64,000 nt of DNA, from positions 2,163,309-2,227,308 of the forward strand of contig CAWIIQ010000001.1 of the NCBI GenBank assembly GCA_963836185.1, given 5' to 3'. This document shows, in pieces, positions 19,247 to 28,765 of this stretch. Both the position numbers and the translations under genes were made by a program. The notes beneath the pieces are model-generated. The model ran no database searches, was not told the origin of the DNA, and was given only the letters and a program-made list of their open reading frames with translations. How positions within the stretch are numbered: position 1 is the stretch's first letter; the number at the start of each line of letters is the position of its first letter. This stretch comes from Candidatus Krumholzibacteriia bacterium. Lineage in GTDB: Bacteria; Krumholzibacteriota; Krumholzibacteriia; Krumholzibacteriales; Krumholzibacteriaceae.

Positions 19247-19843
19247 TTACTCCTCTTCTGCCTCACCCTTGCCGCCGCCGGGCGCTTTCCTGTTATAACG
19301 GCCCTGCGCAGCGGCCAAGCCGCGTATAAGCATCAGTTCCACGGCATCGGCCGCGTCGGAAGCCATTGCGCTCACTGCCTCGGCCTCGCTTTCCTCGAAC
19401 CTCCCCAGGACAAAGTCGCTCCAGAGAGCTCCCGTGGGCGCCGGGCCGGCTCCAAGCCTCAGCCGGGCGAAACCCGGGGTGCCGAGAGTATCGGTGATCG
19501 ATTCGAGCCCTCGATGCCCCCCGCTCCCCCCGCCCGCTCTTATCCTTATCAGCCCGACGGGCAGATGTATATCGTCACATACCACTAGAACGGAATCGGG
19601 GGAGGCGCCGGTGATCCTCAGCGCGTCCCCCGAAAGATTCATGAATGTAAGAGGTTTGAGCAGTGTGATGTGCCGGCCGGCGAACCGCCATCTCGTCTCC
19701 AGCGCCAGCCCCCCGCGTTCGTTCCAGCCGAGCCTGTGCCTCCTGGCCAGTTCATCCAGGGCGCCATAGCCCAGATTATGCCTCGTGCCGGCGTATTCCT
19801 GTCCCGGATTGCCTAGTCCAAGAACTAGAGTGATCTCCGGCAT
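19247..19843 (-). CDS. pth: peptidyl-tRNA hydrolase
   Basis: LGLGNPGQEYAGTRHNLG and the conserved His region match Pth. Confidence 0.9.
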   Translation of the reverse strand: MPEITLVLGLGNPGQEYAGTRHNLGYGALDELARRHRLGWNERGGLALETRWRFAGRHITLLKPLTFMNLSGDALRITGASPDSVLVVCDDIHLPVGLIRIRAGGGSGGHRGLESITDTLGTPGFARLRLGAGPAPTGALWSDFVLGRFEESEAEAVSAMASDAADAVELMLIRGLAAAQGRYNRKAPGGGKGEAEEE

Positions 19844-19849
19844 CCGCTA

Positions 19850-20536
19850 TCAGGCTTCCTCTCCGCCCTCTGCGGCGCCCTCGCCTTCGGCTCCTTCGCC
19901 CTCCTCGACGCCCTCGGCTCCTTCTGCTGCGGCGGCAGCCTCGATTTCCTCGGCGGTGACCTCCAGCTTCTTCGGCGGAGATACGTGAGCGAGGTTGATA
20001 TGTCCCTCATCAAGGAAATCAATGGCGGGGTACAAGACCGCGAGGTCCGATACGTGGATCGTATCGTTTATCATCAGGTGCGATACGTCGATCTCGAGAT
20101 GCTCGGGAACGCTCGAGGCGGTCGTAGCGACCATGACCTCCCGGACACCCTGGTCGAGGATTCCGCCGAATTCCTTGACTCCCCTGGCAACACCGGTCAG
20201 AAGCACGGGGATACCGACCTTGATGGCCTCGTCCATCGATATCCTCTGGAAATCGACATGCAGGATATCTCCGGAAACGGGGTGGTGCTGTACGTCGCGG
20301 ACGAGCGTCGTATGTTCTTCCATATCCACTCCATCGACTTCGAGCTCGATGATGAGATGCTCGCTTGTCGCGCTGTGCAGGATGGTCCAGAAATCGTGCT
20401 CGGGAATCGCCAGGTGAACGGGATCCTTTTTGTGCCCGTAGAGAACTCCGGGAATCTCGCCTGCCTTGCGCAGGCCGTGAACGTTCTTCTTACTGGCTTC
20501 TTTCCGTATGCGTGCTTTCAACTTGATCGATTCCAT
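19850..20536 (-). CDS. rplY: 50S ribosomal protein L25 / general stress protein Ctc
   Basis: Start at internal ATG (MESIKLKARIRK) preceded by GGAGG; L25/Ctc beta-barrel sequence with acidic Ala/Glu/Gly-rich tail. Confidence 0.85.
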   Translation of the reverse strand: MESIKLKARIRKEASKKNVHGLRKAGEIPGVLYGHKKDPVHLAIPEHDFWTILHSATSEHLIIELEVDGVDMEEHTTLVRDVQHHPVSGDILHVDFQRISMDEAIKVGIPVLLTGVARGVKEFGGILDQGVREVMVATTASSVPEHLEIDVSHLMINDTIHVSDLAVLYPAIDFLDEGHINLAHVSPPKKLEVTAEEIEAAAAAEGAEGVEEGEGAEGEGAAEGGEEA

Positions 20537-20549
20537 CTTTTCCTCCGTA

Positions 20550-21482
20550 TTACACGAACAACATGCTGATTGATTCTTCCGTATGGATCCTCTTGATGGC
20601 CTCTCCGAGAAGGGGCGCCACATCGAGGATCTTGACCTTGCTGCACTCCCCGTTGTCTTTGAACGGTATCGAGTTTGTGACCACCGTCTCCTCGATACAC
20701 GATTTCTCCAGCCTCTCGAGAGCCTTTCCGGAGAATACGGGATGCGTGGCCATCGCCATTATCCTGCCAGCCCCGGCATCCTTGAGGACCCGGGCGGCCT
20801 GCGTTATGGTGCCGGCCGTACTGATGATATCATCGAGGATGATGATATCGCTGCCAGCCACCTCGCCGATCACATTCATCACTTCAGACTCGTCGGCCCC
20901 GGTCCTGCGTTTGTCGACTATCGCGAGGTTCGCGTCGAGTCTCTTGGCGAAGGCCCTGCCCATCTTGATCCCGCCGACATCCGGGGATACGACGGTCAGG
21001 TCATGGAAATTTTTCTCCCTAATATATTCAAGCATGACCGGCGCCGCAAAAAGATTATCGACCTGGATGTCAAAAAATCCCTGTATCTGGGCGGCGTGCA
21101 GTTCGAGGGCCAGGACTCTGTGAGCTCCGGCCGTCTCGATCAGGTTGGCGACGAGCTTGGCCGTTATCGGGACCCGGGGCTGGTCCTTCCTGTCCTGTCT
21201 CGCGTACCCGTAATACGGCATGACCGCAGTTATACGGTTCGCCGAAGCGCGGTAACAGGCGTCTATGAGGATAAGCAGTTCCAGAAGGTTGTCGCCGGGC
21301 GGGAGAGTGGGCTGGATGATGAATACATCCTTGCCCCTGATATTCTCATGGATATTGATCCGGATCTCCCCATCGGAAAACCTGCCTACCTCGACATCAC
21401 AGAGTTCCCTGCCTAGATACGAGGCGATCTTCCCGGAAAGCTCCTTGTTGGCGTTCCCGCTCATCAATGTAACAAGATCCAT
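20550..21482 (-). CDS. prs: ribose-phosphate pyrophosphokinase
   Basis: PRPP synthetase motifs (DLHA-like ALELHAAQIQGFF, PRPP-binding IILDDIISTAGT). Confidence 0.92.
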   Translation of the reverse strand: MDLVTLMSGNANKELSGKIASYLGRELCDVEVGRFSDGEIRINIHENIRGKDVFIIQPTLPPGDNLLELLILIDACYRASANRITAVMPYYGYARQDRKDQPRVPITAKLVANLIETAGAHRVLALELHAAQIQGFFDIQVDNLFAAPVMLEYIREKNFHDLTVVSPDVGGIKMGRAFAKRLDANLAIVDKRRTGADESEVMNVIGEVAGSDIIILDDIISTAGTITQAARVLKDAGAGRIMAMATHPVFSGKALERLEKSCIEETVVTNSIPFKDNGECSKVKILDVAPLLGEAIKRIHTEESISMLFV

Positions 21483-21547
21483 CTTTGCTGTTCCTCCGAA
21501 TCCTCCGAAAAAAAAGTGACCTGTCCGGCCACCGGTCCATCCTTGAA

Positions 21548-21621
21548 TGGTTGGGGCGGGAGGATTCGAACCTCCGATCCAGGAACCAAAATCCTGTGTC
21601 TTGCCACTTGACGACGCCCCA
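21548..21621 (-). tRNA. tRNA-Gln (anticodon UUG)
   Basis: Minus strand UGGGGCGUCGUCAAGUGGCAAGACACAGGAUUUUGGUUCCUGGAUCGGAGGUUCGAAUCCUCCCGCCCCAACCA: U1-A72 pair, anticodon loop UUUUGGU, T-loop GGUUCGAAUCC, encoded CCA. Confidence 0.85.
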
Positions 21622-21639
21622 AGCAGTTCTGTTGTATTT

Positions 21640-21933
21640 TTACTGCTCAGCTACTTCGATCCCAGCCTCTGTCTCGGTGTTCTCGAGCTCCTCCTTGTAG
21701 GCCTCCAGTATCAATCCCTCCATCCAGTCCCTGGTCTCGTTATTGATAGGATGAGCGACATCCTGATACGTGCCATCAGGCCTCTTGCGGCTGGGCATAG
21801 CGACGAAAACGCCCTTGGCGCCCTCGATGATCTTCAGTCCCCTGATAACGAAACAGTCATCTAGGGTGATACTCGCAAAAGCCTTCAGCTTGTTGTCGTC
21901 CCGAAGTGAAATCCTGATCTCAGATATCTTCAT
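21640..21933 (-). CDS. spoVG: septation protein SpoVG
   Basis: MKISEIRISLRDDNKLKAFASITLDDCFVIRGLKIIEGAKGVFVAMPSRK is near-canonical SpoVG. Confidence 0.9.
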   Translation of the reverse strand: MKISEIRISLRDDNKLKAFASITLDDCFVIRGLKIIEGAKGVFVAMPSRKRPDGTYQDVAHPINNETRDWMEGLILEAYKEELENTETEAGIEVAEQ

Positions 21934-21955
21934 GTGGCCCCCCCTGAATTCTTGC

Positions 21956-22840
21956 TTACTCCCTTTCTGGGAGTTCCATTGTCCGTCTGGCGGGATGTAC
22001 GATCCAGGCTGAATGGCCTTCGTCGGACATCAGGGCCCTCACCCTTGACGCCGTTGTATCGTCTTCGTAAAGCGCGAAACACGCCGACCCGCTTCCGCTC
22101 ATCGAACTGAGCCGCGCGCCCTCACGCTCCAGGAGAACCAGGATCTGCTCTATTACCGGATACTCTTCAGCAACGACTTCCTGAAAGCTGTTGCACGTTT
22201 CAAGAGCGACATCCGGAAATTCCTTCAATCCCCCCAGCAGACAATTCAGTTTATGACCGCCCCCAGACCTTGTCAATATTAAATTGGGATTTTGATAAGC
22301 CCACCTCGTGGAAACATTTATATCCGGTTTGACAATCAGTATCGTACCGTTTCTCAATCCCTCGATCTTCTCGAGGATCTCACCCCTGCCCCTCCCCGTC
22401 GCCGGTGAACCGAACAGAAAAAACGGGACGTCGGAACCTATCTCGAGCCCCATCTCCATCAGGCGCGAGCGTTCCACTCCCAGGCCGAGCAGCTCGTTTA
22501 TACCGGCGAGGACCCCTGCGGCATCCGAACTGCCGCCACCGAGTCCCGCCCCGGCAGGTATCCTTTTTTTCACGTCTATAGAAACGCCGTGCGATCCGGC
22601 AGCTTCGCTGAGCAGAAGCGAGGCCGCCTTCCAGCAGAGATTCGAGTCGTCCCACGCTATATCCCGGTCATCGCCCGTAAGCGAGATGCCGCCCGGCGTG
22701 CGCCCGATGAATATGGTGTCGTGGAGGGTCACAGGCTGAAAAACGGTCTCGATATCATGAAATCCGTCATCCCGCCTGCGGATGACGTCGAGGTAGAGGT
22801 TTATCTTTGCGAAGCATCTGACCGTGATCTGGTCGGTCAC
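21956..22840 (-). CDS. ispE: 4-diphosphocytidyl-2-C-methyl-D-erythritol kinase
   Basis: GHMP kinase motif (KRIPAGAGLGGGSSDAAG); start assigned to GTG at 22840, which overlaps the upstream gene's TGA (GTGA); ORF extends without stop to 23143. Confidence 0.85.
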   Translation of the reverse strand: MTDQITVRCFAKINLYLDVIRRRDDGFHDIETVFQPVTLHDTIFIGRTPGGISLTGDDRDIAWDDSNLCWKAASLLLSEAAGSHGVSIDVKKRIPAGAGLGGGSSDAAGVLAGINELLGLGVERSRLMEMGLEIGSDVPFFLFGSPATGRGRGEILEKIEGLRNGTILIVKPDINVSTRWAYQNPNLILTRSGGGHKLNCLLGGLKEFPDVALETCNSFQEVVAEEYPVIEQILVLLEREGARLSSMSGSGSACFALYEDDTTASRVRALMSDEGHSAWIVHPARRTMELPERE

Positions 22841-23910
22841 CTGTAGCTCTCCCAGAGATCGCCCCACTTGGTCTTTCTGAATTTCCTTATCTTCGAGCGC
22901 CCTACAGTCGGATACCAGAAGAAATCGTGGTAGATATTGCTCGCCATCGGCGCCCAGCCGACCAGGGGCGAATGCAGAGCCGGCTTCTCGAGGAACTGGA
23001 GGGGTCCTTTCCTCAACATCTGGTCGCCCCAGATGACGAAACTCTTTTTCACGGAGAACTCGAAGTTCAGTTCTTCGATATCCTCTCCGACTATTTCGAG
23101 ATTCTCGATCCTCGCCTCGCCCAACCCCCTCTCTGTCGACCACCTCAGGTAATCGATCGACATCGGGTCAAATCCCATAATCTTCGCTGCGACCGCGTCT
23201 ATCGCCACCGAATCGGCACTCGCAAGGATCAGGTCACCCTCGTAAGGATCCATCGTCCTCGGGCCGGCGCCGTTGCCGCAGACCGTGCCGTCCATGACGG
23301 CGAATATATTAGGATGAAGTTCACGCTGCATCAGCAGCAGGTCGACGAGGACCTCGTGCATATATTTATGGGCATAGTGCCTGACCTCCTTGAGCAATCC
23401 GCCGAAGGAGTTCTTGATAGCTCCCGTCGTCGTCGAATGGCCATGCGTCTTGACGGTCGGAAGGTGCATCACATCCCTGCCGATATACATCTTGGGAATC
23501 TCGATCCCCTCCGGGAATATCTCGCCGAGCTTGAGCAGCTTGGAGCGAAACTCGTAGACTGTCCATTCGACCTCGGTCAAAGGGGTGAACGGCAGCCCAT
23601 ACCTGTCGAGGACGGGCATCCAGAGGTTGTTTACCGCGCCCTTTCGAGGATCGGTGACGACGGTCCTGTTTTCTACCGGGATAAGCGAGTCCTTCGTGTA
23701 ACCCCTGCCGAGAAGGTCCCTGACAACGCCTTCGAGCTGCCATGGCTGACTCGAGCAGGAGGGGAAGTATTTTGTCCACGAGAGGTTGAGTTTCAGCAGC
23801 AGGTCCCGTTCGGCGGTCAGGATATCTCCGGCGCCGGCCATCTCCATCAGTCTGTGGTAATCCTCTACTACTGTTTCAGGAACCGTCCTTAGAACCGCTA
23901 CTTTGCTCAT
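22837..23910 (-). CDS. DUF362 domain protein
   Basis: 357 aa, resembles the DUF362 family (function unknown) from recognition of the translation; no catalytic motif assigned. Confidence 0.6.
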   Translation of the reverse strand: MSKVAVLRTVPETVVEDYHRLMEMAGAGDILTAERDLLLKLNLSWTKYFPSCSSQPWQLEGVVRDLLGRGYTKDSLIPVENRTVVTDPRKGAVNNLWMPVLDRYGLPFTPLTEVEWTVYEFRSKLLKLGEIFPEGIEIPKMYIGRDVMHLPTVKTHGHSTTTGAIKNSFGGLLKEVRHYAHKYMHEVLVDLLLMQRELHPNIFAVMDGTVCGNGAGPRTMDPYEGDLILASADSVAIDAVAAKIMGFDPMSIDYLRWSTERGLGEARIENLEIVGEDIEELNFEFSVKKSFVIWGDQMLRKGPLQFLEKPALHSPLVGWAPMASNIYHDFFWYPTVGRSKIRKFRKTKWGDLWESYR

Positions 23911-23958
23911 AATATCATCTTCTCTCCATATTAACTGCCCAGGCGACAGAGGGCCCGA

Positions 23959-24846
23959 TCATCTGACGATTATATATATAACTACCGCGAACCAGAGAAA
24001 GAGATCGATGATGATCGCTTTTTCAGTGAGCAGGACACCCGACGGATCGCCGCCCTCGTGCCTGCTGTATACGAGATAGAGATACCTCATGATCCCGAAG
24101 ACGACGAAAGGTATCGTGTAGACCAGGTCCCTCGTGCCGAACTTCAGCACTGTCGAGGGCCAGACCGTGTAGATCGAATACGAGATGATCGATGCGGTCG
24201 CGGAAAGGCTGACGAGCTGGTCGAGCAGCGTCACGGAGTAGTCCCTCAGTGACGTACGGTGATCACCCGCCGATACGAGATGCGTGATCTCGTTGCGCCT
24301 CTTGCAGATCGCCAGAAAGAGGGAGAGAAACAGTGTGCAGATCCAGAGCCAGGGCGAGAACTCGAGGTCAGGAATAACCGGGTGAAGCACCGCTACTCCC
24401 GATGCCGCCCTGATCAGAAAACTGAACGAGATCGCGATAACATCGAGTATGACGACATTGCGGAATATCAGTGAATAGGCGAGGTTGACTGTTACAAACG
24501 CCACGGACAGATAAAAGAACTCGCGTCCCAGGGTCCACGCGACGGGGAGCAGTACCGCAGTCACGAGTATCGCAATACTGGCCGCGAGACGCGGACTTAT
24601 CTTCCCCGCAGCTATCGGCCGGGCCGTCTTCTTCGGATGCTCCTTGTCCCTGTCTCTGTCGAAGACGTCATTGAGAATATAGATCGCACCGGACAGGCCG
24701 CAGAATACGAGAAATCCGTAGAGACTCAGACGGACGAGCTCAGGATCGGTAAATCTCTTGGAGAATACGATGCCGGCGAAAAGAACCAGGTTCTTGGTCC
24801 ACTGCTTGGGGCGCATCGAGATTATCAGGTACCAGATCTTGTTCAT
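23959..24846 (-). CDS. UbiA-family prenyltransferase (decaprenyl-phosphate phosphoribosyltransferase-like)
   Basis: Polytopic membrane protein with the UbiA Asp-rich motif NDVFDRDRDKEHPKKTARPIAAG; start at internal ATG (MNKIWYL). Confidence 0.7.
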   Translation of the reverse strand: MNKIWYLIISMRPKQWTKNLVLFAGIVFSKRFTDPELVRLSLYGFLVFCGLSGAIYILNDVFDRDRDKEHPKKTARPIAAGKISPRLAASIAILVTAVLLPVAWTLGREFFYLSVAFVTVNLAYSLIFRNVVILDVIAISFSFLIRAASGVAVLHPVIPDLEFSPWLWICTLFLSLFLAICKRRNEITHLVSAGDHRTSLRDYSVTLLDQLVSLSATASIISYSIYTVWPSTVLKFGTRDLVYTIPFVVFGIMRYLYLVYSRHEGGDPSGVLLTEKAIIIDLFLWFAVVIYIIVR

Positions 24847-24866
24847 GTCGGCAAATATACACATCC

Positions 24867-26084
24867 TTACGGCTGCCGGTCAAGAGGCGCGGTCGACACC
24901 CCTGCTCCATTCCCTCTGTACACGGCCGCGCAGAGGCCGACAATGATCAGCATCATCGTCAGTACCTCGGCGTCGCCGAAGTTCCAGTCGAACAGCCCGT
25001 TGATGATGAAACCTGTCAAGGCTCCGAGGGACCCGGCTGCCAGTGCTCTTTCAGGCGGCGGCAGGTCGAGGCGCAGGTTCCTCCCCACGATAATAAACAT
25101 CGCGGCGAGGAGCCAGACGAAAGCGGCGAGCCCGACCGATCCCAGGGTGACCGCCACCTGGAGGAAGATGTTGTGCATGTGGCCATGCACATGGACTGCC
25201 TCCGGAGGCATGTTCTCCCTGTATATGTCCCCGAGGTCCACCGGCCCGGTGCCGATCACGGGGTGCTGCCTGAATATGGAGGCCCCGCCCCTGATCATGT
25301 TGATTCTCTGGACATTCGTCCTGTATTGCGGATCCCAGATCGTCCTGATCCTTTCACGGTAGGGCTCCGGCGCGAACAGCACCAGGGCGACGGCGGCAGC
25401 GGCATAGAAAGGGATCCAGCGCCTGCGCACGACCGCAAGTATCGCCATGCCGGAAACGAACATTGCGAGCCATGAGGATCTTGTCTGGGTGAGCAGAAGT
25501 GCCGCGGAGGCCGCGGCAGCCGCGGCGATCGAGAATATCCTCAGTTTTCGAGGTATCCGCGGGGCGACTGACACTCCCGCGTAGAGAGAGAGCAGCAGCA
25601 TCATGATCCCGCCGAATGTCATCTCGTTGGAGAATGCTCCCGGTGTCCTGCCCATGCTTCCCCTGCCCATCCCAAGGAAATACAGCATGATACCGTAGAT
25701 GGCCGAACCCGTCCCCGAGACGAGCAGGACGAGGTATATCTTCTCGCGGACCGTCCGATCGACGGCCAGTGAAGCCGCGAGCCAGACCGTTACGAACAGC
25801 GTGTAGTTCTTCATGTTGCCGATAGCACCGGCCGGATCGCCTGAGAGCAGGGATGATAATATAGAGACAAGTGTGAATGCCGCCAGAGGCAGAGCGAGCG
25901 GCAGCCATCCCGGCCTCATCGAGCGGTCGAGCAGACATAGAACTGTCCAGAGAAGGACCGTGATCACGAGGGATGTCTGGTTGGCGGCAATCGAGAAGGT
26001 CGACGTGAAGATGAAGATCCCGAAGAAGAGAAGGGTCACCTGTCTCAGGCGGACGACGGCCGTGCGGCCGTCAGCCCTTCTCAT
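24867..26084 (-). CDS. O-antigen ligase / polymerase family membrane protein (Wzy_C-like)
   Basis: Multi-TM protein with a large periplasmic loop between helices, typical of the O-antigen ligase family; start uncertain (ORF runs to 26240). Confidence 0.6.
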   Translation of the reverse strand: MRRADGRTAVVRLRQVTLLFFGIFIFTSTFSIAANQTSLVITVLLWTVLCLLDRSMRPGWLPLALPLAAFTLVSILSSLLSGDPAGAIGNMKNYTLFVTVWLAASLAVDRTVREKIYLVLLVSGTGSAIYGIMLYFLGMGRGSMGRTPGAFSNEMTFGGIMMLLLSLYAGVSVAPRIPRKLRIFSIAAAAAASAALLLTQTRSSWLAMFVSGMAILAVVRRRWIPFYAAAAVALVLFAPEPYRERIRTIWDPQYRTNVQRINMIRGGASIFRQHPVIGTGPVDLGDIYRENMPPEAVHVHGHMHNIFLQVAVTLGSVGLAAFVWLLAAMFIIVGRNLRLDLPPPERALAAGSLGALTGFIINGLFDWNFGDAEVLTMMLIIVGLCAAVYRGNGAGVSTAPLDRQP

Positions 26085-28314
26085 GTTCCTCCACCCCGAT
26101 ACTGTTCGCAAAGTCGAGGAGGATACCTGATACCTTCCCGGATCCGCCTTCGGCCATCGCTCTCGAAATCTCCATGAGAACGCTGGATACATCCTCCGGA
26201 ACAGGAACAGGATCAGCCGGATTGAAACGCACCTTTCCATCGCCGGCCGGCGCCCCCGCTTCCCATACAGTCCCCTCCGCCCCGGAGAGCCGCCCCGCCG
26301 CGTCGGCCAGGCTCGCTGTACCGGCCATACCGTCTGTGCGGATGATCACGAGATCCTCAACCGAGTCCCTGAACAGGTTGCGCAAGAGAGTCTCACCGAG
26401 TAGAGAGGCGCGCCTGATATCATCGCTGCTGTGCGTTCCTCCACGGCTGATCACGACAAGTCTCGAGCCCGCAAGTACAGCAGCCGCCCCCAGCCTCTCG
26501 AGCGGCATGACGACCTTGCGGATGCAGGCGTCGAGCGGATTCGAGAGCTCGCGCGCGGGCATGTCGAAATCTGCGACCATCACGTCGGGGGATATCTCCT
26601 CGACGAGCCTGATCGTAGCCGGCCGGTCCTCCAGCAGGCCAAGATATACCCCGGCGGGAGACTCGAGGCAGGCGGAGCTCTCCCTTACGACGAACAGGTC
26701 GTCCGTGATCACCGACAGGCTCGCAGCCGTGCCGAATCTCGCGGGAGCCCCTCGTACGATCGGCCCGTTGCCGGCTGCCGCCACCTTCATCCCGGCAAAC
26801 GGCCCTTTTCCCGCGGATACGGTGCCGGCCGATTCCGATGGATCGCCGAGGATCCTGACAGGAACGCCGTAGCGCTCGAGCTGGTCGAATCTTTCCGGCG
26901 GGATCCGGCCCGCGTAGGTAGCCGAGATGACCACTTCATCGACTCCGTGATGGGCGGCGATACTCTCGATCTCACCCATGCTGCCGAGGACGGGTATACC
27001 ATGTATCCTTCTTCCATGCATCGAGCGCCTGTCGTCGAGCCAGCCGACAGGGTGCAGCCCCTTCGTCTGCTTAACCCGGTGAAGGACCGCCTCGGCGACA
27101 TGTCCCGTTTCACCGATGACGACTCTGCGCCCCTCGACCTCCTCGTGAGCGGGGAGCTCGTGGAACCAGCGTGTCACGACCCTCGCCCCCGCCATGAATA
27201 CTGTCAGTATGAAGAGGTCGATAAGAAAGACCGAGCGCGGGAAGGACTGAAATCTGAACAGGAATGTGAAAAGGACCACCATGATCGCCGAACCGACTGC
27301 GACCGCCTTGAATATCCTTACGATATCGTCAAATGTAGTATAACGCCAGACTGCCTTGTACAGGCCGTAGTAATAGAAGACAGCCGTCCTTATCACGACC
27401 GCTATCGGAAGGCTCACCATCATCGTGCGGGTCTCCGCCTCGGGGAAAGTGAAGTTGAGGCGGATCATATAGCTGAGGATGTAGCTTCCTCCGATCAGAG
27501 CGAGATCGGTCAGGGCGGCTGCGAAGATCCTCCTCGCGCTGCCCGCCTCACCCCCCTTTTCGAGTTTCCTGATCTTGAAGACTGCCCAGAGAAAGAATCC
27601 CGTCCAGATGACCGCCAGGCCCGAGATGAATTCGCTCTCGCCGCTCACAAGGAGAAACGCGCTCCCCCCCAGCAGGGCCGCGATGAAGTATTCGAGCAGC
27701 GTGACCTGCTTGTGTGAAAGGCCGAGATCGGTCAGCCTCTGGTAATAATGCGTCCTGTGTGCTGTAAATATCCTCTTTCTCTGTATCGTCCTTCTCGCCA
27801 GAGTCAGGGCAGCGTCGATGAGCACCCCCCCCATCAGGAGGATCGTTATGAAAGCGGGAACGCCGTGCCGGGCCCCGGCGACTGAGAGAACGGCGAACAT
27901 GAATCCGATAAACGTCGATCCGCAATCACCCATGAATATCCTGGCAGGCGGAAAATTATAGCGGAGAAAACCGAAGAGCACGCCGGCAATGGCGGCATAG
28001 ACTATCCCCAGGGCCGGATCTCCGACCGCGAACCCGAGCAGTACGAGAAAGACGGCAGCGATCATACCGACGCCGGCCGCCAGCCCGTCGAGCCCATCGA
28101 CGAAATTGTAGAAGTTGACGATAGCGGTGATCCAGACGATCGTCACCGGAATCGCCGCCGGTCCGAGTGAAACGGTCCCTACCAGGGGGATCATGACTTC
28201 ATCAAGCACGACGCCGGAGGCTATGACAGCACCCGCCGCAACGAGCTGCGCTGCCAGTTTCAGCCTCGCGTCGAGGCCGCGAAGATCATCCAGGAGCCCG
28301 ATCGCAGCTATCAT
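26071..28314 (-). CDS. fusion protein: WecA/MraY-like phosphoglycosyltransferase, PglF/CapD-like 4-TM plus CoA-binding domain, uncharacterised Ala/Gly-rich C-terminal domain; N-terminus displaced by a frameshift
   Basis: NFVDGLDGLAAG...RIFMGDCGSTFIGF (GT4 phosphoglycosyltransferase), then TM helices and RRVVIGETGHVAEAV...VGWLDDRR...GIPVLG (CoA_binding_3-like), then about 300 aa of unknown fold. The ORF begins mid-WecA domain. Confidence 0.65.
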   Translation of the reverse strand: MIAAIGLLDDLRGLDARLKLAAQLVAAGAVIASGVVLDEVMIPLVGTVSLGPAAIPVTIVWITAIVNFYNFVDGLDGLAAGVGMIAAVFLVLLGFAVGDPALGIVYAAIAGVLFGFLRYNFPPARIFMGDCGSTFIGFMFAVLSVAGARHGVPAFITILLMGGVLIDAALTLARRTIQRKRIFTAHRTHYYQRLTDLGLSHKQVTLLEYFIAALLGGSAFLLVSGESEFISGLAVIWTGFFLWAVFKIRKLEKGGEAGSARRIFAAALTDLALIGGSYILSYMIRLNFTFPEAETRTMMVSLPIAVVIRTAVFYYYGLYKAVWRYTTFDDIVRIFKAVAVGSAIMVVLFTFLFRFQSFPRSVFLIDLFILTVFMAGARVVTRWFHELPAHEEVEGRRVVIGETGHVAEAVLHRVKQTKGLHPVGWLDDRRSMHGRRIHGIPVLGSMGEIESIAAHHGVDEVVISATYAGRIPPERFDQLERYGVPVRILGDPSESAGTVSAGKGPFAGMKVAAAGNGPIVRGAPARFGTAASLSVITDDLFVVRESSACLESPAGVYLGLLEDRPATIRLVEEISPDVMVADFDMPARELSNPLDACIRKVVMPLERLGAAAVLAGSRLVVISRGGTHSSDDIRRASLLGETLLRNLFRDSVEDLVIIRTDGMAGTASLADAAGRLSGAEGTVWEAGAPAGDGKVRFNPADPVPVPEDVSSVLMEISRAMAEGGSGKVSGILLDFANSIGVEEHEKG

Positions 28315-28340
28315 CGCCGCCGCCCCGAGGATCCCGGCCT

Positions 28341-28568
28341 TCAGTCGACGCCTGGAAGGGGATCGAATCCGGCTATCCTTGCCGTAAGTATCGTCAGGTA
28401 GAAGTCGAGGACGATGGCGACCCCGCCGAGACGCGGTTTGGGCACCTCGTGGGAGCCGCGGTCGGTCGGCATATCGAGCAGGGACCGGCGAAGCGAATAG
28501 CGGAGTATCGCTCCTGTCATCAGGAACGAGATGAGTAATGCTTCCAAAAAGAACAGAAGTTCACGCAT
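28341..28568 (-). CDS. N-terminal fragment of the WecA-like phosphoglycosyltransferase (different frame from 26071..28314)
   Basis: MRELLFFLEALLISFLMTGAILRYSLRRSLLDMPTDRGSHEVPKPRLGGVAIVL is a WecA N-terminus; separated from the downstream part by a frame change near 28340-28370. Confidence 0.6.
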   Translation of the reverse strand: MRELLFFLEALLISFLMTGAILRYSLRRSLLDMPTDRGSHEVPKPRLGGVAIVLDFYLTILTARIAGFDPLPGVD

Positions 28569-28765
28569 GCCGAGCTTCCCGGGCGAAATGCCGCTTTCCG
28601 CAAAGCCTGATAATACTTTATGAGAGGGGGGCGGACAAGCGATTTCGGGCGTTCTCGCGCATCCCGGGCACGGACTCAATTAATAACCTTGCCGGTGTGC
28701 CGGATGCCTATTAATATGCTCCGGGATCAGGATATCTGACACCCTTTCCCCGGATCTGCAGCTTT

